Shown: positions 54,266 through 64,000 of the stretch, piece by piece
Numbering within the stretch: position 1 is the first letter of the stretch
Layout: every line of letters begins with the position of its first letter
From: Octopus sinensis
Lineage: Eukaryota
Assembly (NCBI RefSeq): GCF_006345805.1
Contig: NC_043005.1
Span: forward strand, 82,956,001-83,020,000
DNA: 64,000 nt
Reading direction: 5' to 3'
The notes under the pieces: generated by a model
What the model was told of the DNA's origin: nothing
Databases searched by the model: none
The model's input: only the letters and a program-made list of their open reading frames with translations
Made by a program: the position numbers and the translations under genes

Positions 54266-56017
54266 GAAAATACAGTCCCTTATTGCGTTTATCGCTTTAA
54301 TATCTCACTTCAAATCAGAACTAAACCCAATATTACCGGAAATCGATAAATAACTACTTATAATATTTCTTTAAATAATTCATTTAGTTAATTATCTACG
54401 CTGCGTATATTAAGCTCTTTTTGAATATGCCAAAGCAATAACTGTGGTATCATAACATCATTGAATTACAACTGATTGTACCTAGTTATAATTTTTGTTG
54501 CTATCGGTAATCATCCAAGCATGACTATCCTGTCATTTTTCTGCACTACATTATTAAGTCATTATTAAAACTATACGGAATCATTTGAAGATGAAGCTGA
54601 TATTTCAAGCAGAACGAACAATCAATCATGTTGACTCTTTCACTGACTCGTGTTCTGCCTTGTCTAGCTCATAGATGTCGAGTCACATATTCAATTTAGT
54701 TATAGTCACAAATGGAATCTTTGTGAAACGTATCTCGAGCAAAACTTCTTGTTGTGACTCATCAGTTATATTTATAAGTATTGGCATATACACTAAAAGT
54801 AAAACAGAAAAAAATATGTAACCCATAACCTAATGAGTCGGATACAGTTAATTTGTTTCTGCACAAAAAATTATTTGTAAAATTTTGATGATTTACATTT
54901 TCCATTATCTAAATTACAATATTTTTAAAAAGTATATTTTGAAGAAATTCTTAATAGGTCTTCCCCTCCAATTCCAGTTACCTTTCCTCATAACCCTATA
55001 GATATATGAGATTTTGCAGAAATGCGTTTTCGAAACAAAATGAATGTAGGTCACTACAATAATAGATGCATACATCTAAAAAAAAAAAACGAAGAAAAGA
55101 GAATACATGCGAAAATGACGGAAATTATCAGGGGTTCGAGGACGATTCAAGTCACCTCTGATTTTGCTTCTTTTCTTTTTAATTTTACCAAAATAATTGT
55201 AAATACCACTCTCGAAAATGTATCTCTGCAAGATTTTACAAAAAGAAACGTATGAATAAACAAAGTCGTGAAGTGACTAAACTCTTGTTTTATCCTATAG
55301 GTCGCTGGGGCGATTGTCTAAATTTAACATACTCAAGGTTTCTTATCAATGGAGTGGTCACCTTTTCGCTATCCGCATTCTTGGTGCGAGTCTAAAACGG
55401 CATTTGAGCGTGGTTGATTGATATAGTTAACATATCTCATTTGAAATAACTTGATTATTATTCCAGCAGAGAGAAAATTACATTTTACCGTAAGAGAACA
55501 TAATTTTATTAAAAGAAAGTAGTTAAAGAATTTCCAGATGCAGCACAGGCGAAGCTAATGAAGTGTTTGGTAATGTGTCAAGGTTTAAAATATTGATATG
55601 TGATATATTTATATTATATTTTAATTTTTTCTTTTACATAGAAGGCAAAAATGTGAAAGATGGTAGTTGATTAAAACAGCCACATCATTTGAATCTTACA
55701 TATTCTACTCGGAAAGTTTTTTGATCATTTATTGGTATATGGAAGAGAAAGACAGCACAATTTCAATGCTATCTGAAGCAAAACATGAATAGATATGATG
55801 AAATAGATTCTGAGTTCAAATCCAGTTGGAAGCGATTTCAGCTCCCAGTTCTCTGTAATTAAATACTCAGCATCATTAAGGCGAATATGTTGACCTGTTG
55901 GTACGGATGGCCTGTTGTTCAATAAGCATTTCTATTACTGATAATTGTTTGTATGCATGTATGCGTGTGGACGCCTGTATGAGTGCGTATATGTTCATGT
56001 GTACGTATGAATGTTAT

Positions 56018-56137
<120 letters not shown>

Positions 56138-56732
56138 TAAATTTGCACAAAATACTCGGTTTCACAGAAAAAGTGCATAAGAAACTAACGCGGATTCTCT
56201 TCCAAATCTAATCTATTAGTGCTACAGTGAGGATTTGTAAGAGATTCCAAAGTTTCTCTTATTTGAATAGATGTACACACTTGGGTGTATGCATCGTCAA
56301 TTCAACCAACATACAAACTTAACCACATATTTACAAACACCGGGAACTCTCTTAACTCAAAAAGTCTTATCGCTTCGTTAGCGACCGGCTTGAACCTTCT
56401 CAAGAACTTAAATTAAACTCAAAAGAAAATCATATATACATACATACAGACAGACAGTTAGACAAACAGACCGAATAAAATGTTAAATTACAAATGTTGA
56501 TACACTAAATAGGAATATATCCAATTTACAAGATTCCCTTGAATATAATGGTGCATGCTCTAAGCAAATAGCTAATTCCTGAGGGAGCAAATCTGCGACT
56601 GGCTTGTTTCTGAATCCAGTTGAAAAAAAACTTTCATTTCATTTCAGATCAATTGCAGCCCTAAATTTTATTCCAGAATCATTCAAAGTAAAAATATATA
56701 ATACGGCGTTCGGGTTTTTAAAATATTTTACC

Positions 56733-57080
56733 TAATTGGGCACAAGGCCAACAATTTTGAAGTGGTGGGGAACATCAAGTCGATTATATCGGTCCCAGGA
56801 TTTGAGTGGAACTATATTATATCGATCCTGAAGGGAAAAAAGGCAAAGTTGACCTGGGCTGGATTTCAACTCAAAAACATAAAGACCCCGAAGACGTGCT
56901 ACTGAGGGTTTTGTCCGATATGCTAACGATTCAGCCAACTAACGCCGTGATATGATATGTTTCAGATTTTGCCACAAAAGCAGCAGCTTTGAGAGGAAAC
57001 TGCAACTCGATTACATCGATCTCAGTACTTCACAGTAACTTTACTTTATTGAATCCGAAAGGATAAAAGACAAAGATAGA

Positions 57081-57158
<78 letters not shown>

Positions 57159-57215
57159 GGTGGGAATTTGAACTCAGAAATGGTACTAAACATTCCTGGC
57201 CGACGTGCTAACGAT
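56733..57215 (-). mobile_element. Two tandem SINE family A copies, the second interrupted by (TAGA)/(CAGA)n
   Basis: Cores at 56733-56945 and 56962-57215. Confidence 0.8.
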
Positions 57216-57639
57216 ATTTCCTAACCTTGAGCCCGCTGATCTTTTCTGTATTTCTTTTGTACAAAAAGAAGCCAATCAAGAATTAAGGTAAGCTCTTACT
57301 TATAATCTTTAAGCTGGATTATATTTTGATTGAAGCCAGCTTTCTTCACTTATATTGTTTTTGTGAAATAGATATGGACCCTTTGTTTTATCAATTCTTA
57401 ATATTTTGTATAATCTTCTCGTGTTTGCTTTTATACAAAGATAAATAATACAAGTCTACTCTCAAATCCAAAATGGATGAGAGCAGAGAGATAAGAGAAA
57501 AACGAAGAGATCGCTTTTCACATAAAAGAAATATTAGGTGAATAAAAATATATATATCAAATATGAAACTTAGACATAACTCGATAGATTGAAAGAGAGA
57601 AAGAGAGCGACAGGGAGAAAGAGAACGAAAGAAAGATAT

Positions 57640-58215
57640 TAGGTCCGATCAATAAGTATCCGGGCGGTTGCCATGGTAACAAAGTTAAAGCATGCAGACT
57701 AAGGCTGCTTGGGACATATTGACCATGGACTCTGCTGTTTACAGCAGTGCTTAGAGGAAACGTGCGTAGTGTGTGATCATCGCATCGACCACGACAAAGA
57801 AAGTTGTCATGGCGTTACCTGCTCAGAGATCTACGCACAGTTGCAGAAAGTGTATGGAGAGGAGTGTATGAGCCGCACACAAGTGTACGAGTGGGTCAGA
57901 CGTTTCCAAGATGATCATAAAACTTTGATAGTAACGTAAGTTCTGGGAGATCCGCAACCAGCAGAACTGAGAAAAACATTGCAGATGTATATGCAGCTGT
58001 GAGAGGAAATCGTCGAATCACTATCTGTGAGTTATCAGCGGACGTGCAGATTAGTTACGGTCAAGCTCAATTCATTATTACTTAAAGACTTGGGTATGGA
58101 ACGCGTGTCTACCAAGTTTGCGTCCAAACTAATTTCAGTTGACCAAAAAGACACTTGGGTGTTAGTTGCACAATATCTCCTTGATTCGGTTGGGAACGAC
58201 GAAAACTTTTTGAAA
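57640..58215 (+). mobile_element. Mariner element 5' part (TIR plus degraded N-terminal HTH coding region)
   Basis: TIR-like AGGTCCGATCAATAAGTATCCGG; SEIYAQLQKVYGEECMSRTQVYEWVRRF; NRRITICEL; KDLGMERVSTKF. Confidence 0.85.
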
Positions 58216-58430
58216 ATTCTGCGTATGCCACTGAGAAGGTATCGCCAAGATTTTAGCAAAATTCGATGCATATTCTCTGCTCAACTTTCCCTGATATGGT
58301 CAATGCGACGATCACACGTTACACACGTTTGTTCCAAGCACTGCTGTAAACAGCAGAAGTGAGCTAGAACGTTAAAACGTAGCAGAGTCCAAGGCCAATC
58401 TGTTCCAAGCGGCTTCACTCTGCAGGCTAT
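58213..58430 (-). mobile_element. Second mariner 5' fragment, inverted relative to the first
   Basis: Reverse complement gives CTGCTGTTTACAGCAGTGCTT...GTGTGATCGTCGCATTGACC, matching 57728-57800, and the peptide KVEQRICIEFC. Confidence 0.7.
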
Positions 58431-59385
58431 TTGACTATTATGATGTTCTATTTATGAATATCTTGGTCTATTTGTAAGAAACAATTGTATAGGAATATGA
58501 AAATAAAAACTAAAATCCATTTTAACTTCCAATCTTCTTCATTCCATAAATATGATTTTAAATGCAGGACCAAACTTTTAACTTTGACCTTTACGTTGAC
58601 AAAGCAAAGGAAGGAATCCAACAAAAAGAAAAATTATTAAAACTAATCCCACATTTGCTCGACAAAATCTTCCTCTACCGACCTATTTTTATTTATGTGA
58701 ACCATTAAGAGCTAATCGCATGACCAGAAGCTGACACACAAAAGTATACACACCTGTTTATGAATAAATATACACATGAATAAATTCTGAAAAATATCAC
58801 AATCTCAAATTTAATCAATAAAAATTTTCCACCACACCTCTCCATCACAATCTAAACTAAAACCTAATTATCATTCAACCCACAAACCCCACGAAAATTT
58901 TATATCAACAGAGTCTATATAAATCCAAGATAAATTTAATGCATTACAGTCCAGCTACGACTTAAGTTTCGAAGTCACTGTCAATACATTTCTTCTTAAA
59001 AAAAAGTAAATTCGTATTCTACAAAAGTATGGAGTTAGACTTCTGGTTAATGAAAAATTATTTTTATCATAACTGAACATAAAATCAAACATAAACATTT
59101 ATAAATGTGTATGTGCGTGTGTGTGTGTGCGTGTACGCGTGCATTTAAGTGTGTGGGTGTATGTGTGCGCATGTGTATGTACGCGTGTGTATACATATAT
59201 ACCTATGTATAGTTTATACATAAGAGACAGGTATTCTCCCTAAAGAATACACTTCGTAGTGCTCAAGTGACTTGAACTTGAGCAGGTAGAAGAATAAACG
59301 TACATATGTACATTTTTTTGTATTAAATTTATTTAATACATTTTTTATATCGACTTGCCTAACTTGCTTGCCCTTAGATTTACTC

Positions 59386-59431
<46 letters not shown>

Positions 59432-59470
59432 GCCCGTTTAGTGTTATCTGTCGGGAAAATGCGTACTCAG

Positions 59471-61568
<2,098 letters not shown>

Positions 61569-61591
61569 GATAGATAGATAGACAGATAGAT

Positions 61592-64000
61592 AACTTTTTA
61601 TTGTAGCCACACAGGGCTAAACACAGAATAAAAACGGACGAAATACAATGTAGAATTTTTTCTTTTCGAGGTGGGATGGGTGGGGCAAAAAAAAAAAAAA
61701 AAGTTTGATCAATAGGGATCTGTGGGTTGTGTGGTGTATAAAAAAGCAATATATATATATATATATAAGGTTCACAGTTTAGGTGTAGTCTTGGAAAGAA
61801 AAACCTACAAAAAAGACCAAGGTCACCTCAGACAATTCGAAAAAGAACACATGAGTAAGTCGCCTTACTTCTCGTTGTCTCTTTTGGTTACAGATTTATG
61901 CTTAAAATAGTGTCGTCTTTCATACTGAACATTTTTGCCACTTTTACCCACTTTTTATTAAAACATTCGTTCGACAAAGCCTTCGTCTCTATTCTCATCC
62001 TCCTTTTCAAGTGGCACTTGAAAAAGTTGACGAGAGACTGACCAGAGAGGAAGGTGTTTGTTTGCAGTCCTTTCAAACGCGTCCACCACACACATTCTTT
62101 CGCCATAGCCATCAGCGTAACGAAAACCGTTTTCTCTTCCCGTTTAAAGGAAGGTGGTAGAACAATATTCACAATAGACTCGGCCGATAGGCGAGCCTGA
62201 CCTACACGTGACAACAGCTGTTCGACGAAGGACCACAGCTCTGAAATATCTGGACACTGCACGAGTGCGTGTAGAACGGTTTCGTCGCTCTGACCGCATC
62301 TCGGGCAGGTCGGTCCGGTGATGGTTTTCGAACCGTGTCTGTAGCTCTTCTCTCGAACAGGTAGTGCGTCTCGATAGCACTGCCAAGCCAGGGATTTCTG
62401 GAAGTTATCCATAGGCCCCGGCCCGAACGTCGTTCTGAACAGGCGGGTTAGGAATTCCTCGTCGACGCCCAGGTTTGCCCCGAGTGTGTCGTCGGACCTC
62501 CCCTCCACTAGTCCTCTATAGAACGCTTTAGTCGTTTGGAAGTTGCACAAGTTTGACCCCGGTCGGCAGAGCTGCTGTAGAGCTTGGCGACACTCTCGGT
62601 GCCAATCGCCCAGTTTCGGTCTCTTTTTGATCCACGTTTGCAGTTCGGTCAGTGAGACGAGCTGCGGGAAGTCGCGCCTCACAAACGGCGCCCACACCTG
62701 TTCACCGTCGTCGATGAATTTCCAGAGATGTCGCAGTCTCAGCGCATGCCTGCGCATCATCAACCACGGCATGCCTAGTCCTCCATTCAACGGATGTTGA
62801 CAGCAAATGGACTTCCTCACCATCGGAACGCCACCCTTCCACAGGAAGCGGAAGAGTATGCGTTCCAGTTTGGTGATGGTGGCGTCGGGACAAGGTACGA
62901 CGGTTAGGCGGTAATCGATGACGGATGCGTTGTACGCGTTCGCCACCTCCGCCCGGCCTTTTAGAGACAGCTTTCTCTCGGCCCATGTTTGGCTGAGAGC
63001 GACCACTCTACTCGTGATCTCGTCCCAGTTCTTATCCATTTGGAGGTCCGGACTGAACCAGACCCCGAGCAATTTAACCAGTCCGTCCGTCCAGCGTCCC
63101 ACTACTGAGCCGCAGTCGGACGGCATGGGCTTGCTTCTCCAGGTGCCGAGTAGCAAACCCACTGACTTTTCCGGGTTAATCTTTGCTCCCGTCACCGTTT
63201 CGTATTTTCTTAGTGTCTCGCCTATCATCTTGATGTGTTTGTCGCTCGACACTATGACGGTGACATCGTCCGCATATGCCGACACGCTCGTCCCGCAACC
63301 CAGTTCCCGTGGGATGCCCCTCAGTGTCGCCAGCTTCCGCAGTAGCGGCTCGAGAGTCAATACATACAGAAGCGCCGACAGGGGACACCCCTGACGGACC
63401 GAACGCGTGATGTCAAACGGTTTCGACAGGTGACCGTTCACCCGAATCACCGATCGGATGCCGCTATACAAGGCAGCGATCCAACCGCGGAAGACAGGAC
63501 CGAAGCCAGCCGCCCTGAGGATGGCCGCCAAGTACCGATGGTCGACCCTATCGAAGGCTTTAGACTGATCCAAATTTATCAGCGCCCCACCCATGCCAGG
63601 ATCCTTAACTACCCTGTCCACAATGTAGCGCATCAGATGGAGGTTGTCATGTATGGTTCTGCCCGGCACGGCGCATGTTTGCGTCCTGTCGACCAGTTTA
63701 CCAATGACAAGCGCCAACCTCTCGGCTATTACTTTGGCCAAAATTTTCAAATCTCCGTTGAGCAGAGTGATGGGCCTGAAATTATCTATAAAATTCCCCT
63801 TGTTTAAGTCTTTCTTCAGCAACGTCACTGCACCTCGGCTCACGAAACCGGGGATTCTCCCGTTTTGTTGCCAGTTGCAGTAGACTGATGCCAAGAGGTC
63901 GCCAAACAAGTCTGGCATTCGACAATACAGCTCGTAGGGTAAACCATCCAATCCAGGCGACTTATCCCTCGCGCAGCCCGCCATCGCATCCCACACGTCA
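61592..64000 (-). mobile_element. L1-Tx1-clade non-LTR retrotransposon, copy 4 (3' UTR plus ORF2, continues beyond window)
   Basis: ORF2 motifs typical of Tx1; on the minus strand AATAAA is followed by a (TATC)n tail; GC-rich against the AT-rich background. Confidence 0.93.
61888..63996 (-). CDS. Tx1-type ORF2 reverse transcriptase plus C-terminal Cys/His zinc-binding region; 5'-partial, frame open to the window edge
   Basis: 702 stop-free codons: KSPGLDG, FRPITLLNGDLKILAK, LDQSKAFDRV, VRQGCPLS, YADD, KLSLKGR, GGLGMP, CPRCGQSDETVLHALVQC. Confidence 0.9.
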   Translation of the reverse strand: MWDAMAGCARDKSPGLDGLPYELYCRMPDLFGDLLASVYCNWQQNGRIPGFVSRGAVTLLKKDLNKGNFIDNFRPITLLNGDLKILAKVIAERLALVIGKLVDRTQTCAVPGRTIHDNLHLMRYIVDRVVKDPGMGGALINLDQSKAFDRVDHRYLAAILRAAGFGPVFRGWIAALYSGIRSVIRVNGHLSKPFDITRSVRQGCPLSALLYVLTLEPLLRKLATLRGIPRELGCGTSVSAYADDVTVIVSSDKHIKMIGETLRKYETVTGAKINPEKSVGLLLGTWRSKPMPSDCGSVVGRWTDGLVKLLGVWFSPDLQMDKNWDEITSRVVALSQTWAERKLSLKGRAEVANAYNASVIDYRLTVVPCPDATITKLERILFRFLWKGGVPMVRKSICCQHPLNGGLGMPWLMMRRHALRLRHLWKFIDDGEQVWAPFVRRDFPQLVSLTELQTWIKKRPKLGDWHRECRQALQQLCRPGSNLCNFQTTKAFYRGLVEGRSDDTLGANLGVDEEFLTRLFRTTFGPGPMDNFQKSLAWQCYRDALPVREKSYRHGSKTITGPTCPRCGQSDETVLHALVQCPDISELWSFVEQLLSRVGQARLSAESIVNIVLPPSFKREEKTVFVTLMAMAKECVWWTRLKGLQTNTFLSGQSLVNFFKCHLKRRMRIETKALSNECFNKKWVKVAKMFSMKDDTILSINL

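Noticed and set aside
62144-63883. Alternative-frame and antisense ORFs overlapping Tx1 ORF2
   Set aside because: Expected shadows of a GC-rich coding sequence

Overview
AT-rich, repeat-saturated animal DNA. The SINE families and microsatellite density resemble an octopus (coleoid cephalopod) genome; this is recognition from memory, not a search result. I cannot identify any host protein-coding gene with confidence, and most ORFs in the supplied track are translated microsatellites. The window holds dozens of tRNA-derived SINE copies, relics of Gypsy, mariner, Tc1, R4/Dong-like and RTE-X-like elements, hAT and other MITEs, and four copies of an L1-Tx1-clade LINE. Main observations: (1) three hammerhead-ribozyme motifs, the best inside a 471-bp tandem unit with an inverted 5' arm (30561-31318), the architecture of a Penelope-like pLTR or non-LTR retrozyme; (2) all four Tx1 copies lie on the minus strand with their 3' ends on (TATC)n, and three are stacked head-to-tail at 59.6-64 kb, suggesting (TATC)n/(GATA)n target specificity; the last copy has an uninterrupted RT ORF running off the window; (3) several fold-back duplications anchored on microsatellites, including a ~1.8 kb inverted structure with a Tx1 fragment at its centre. 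SINE and relic boundaries are approximate.
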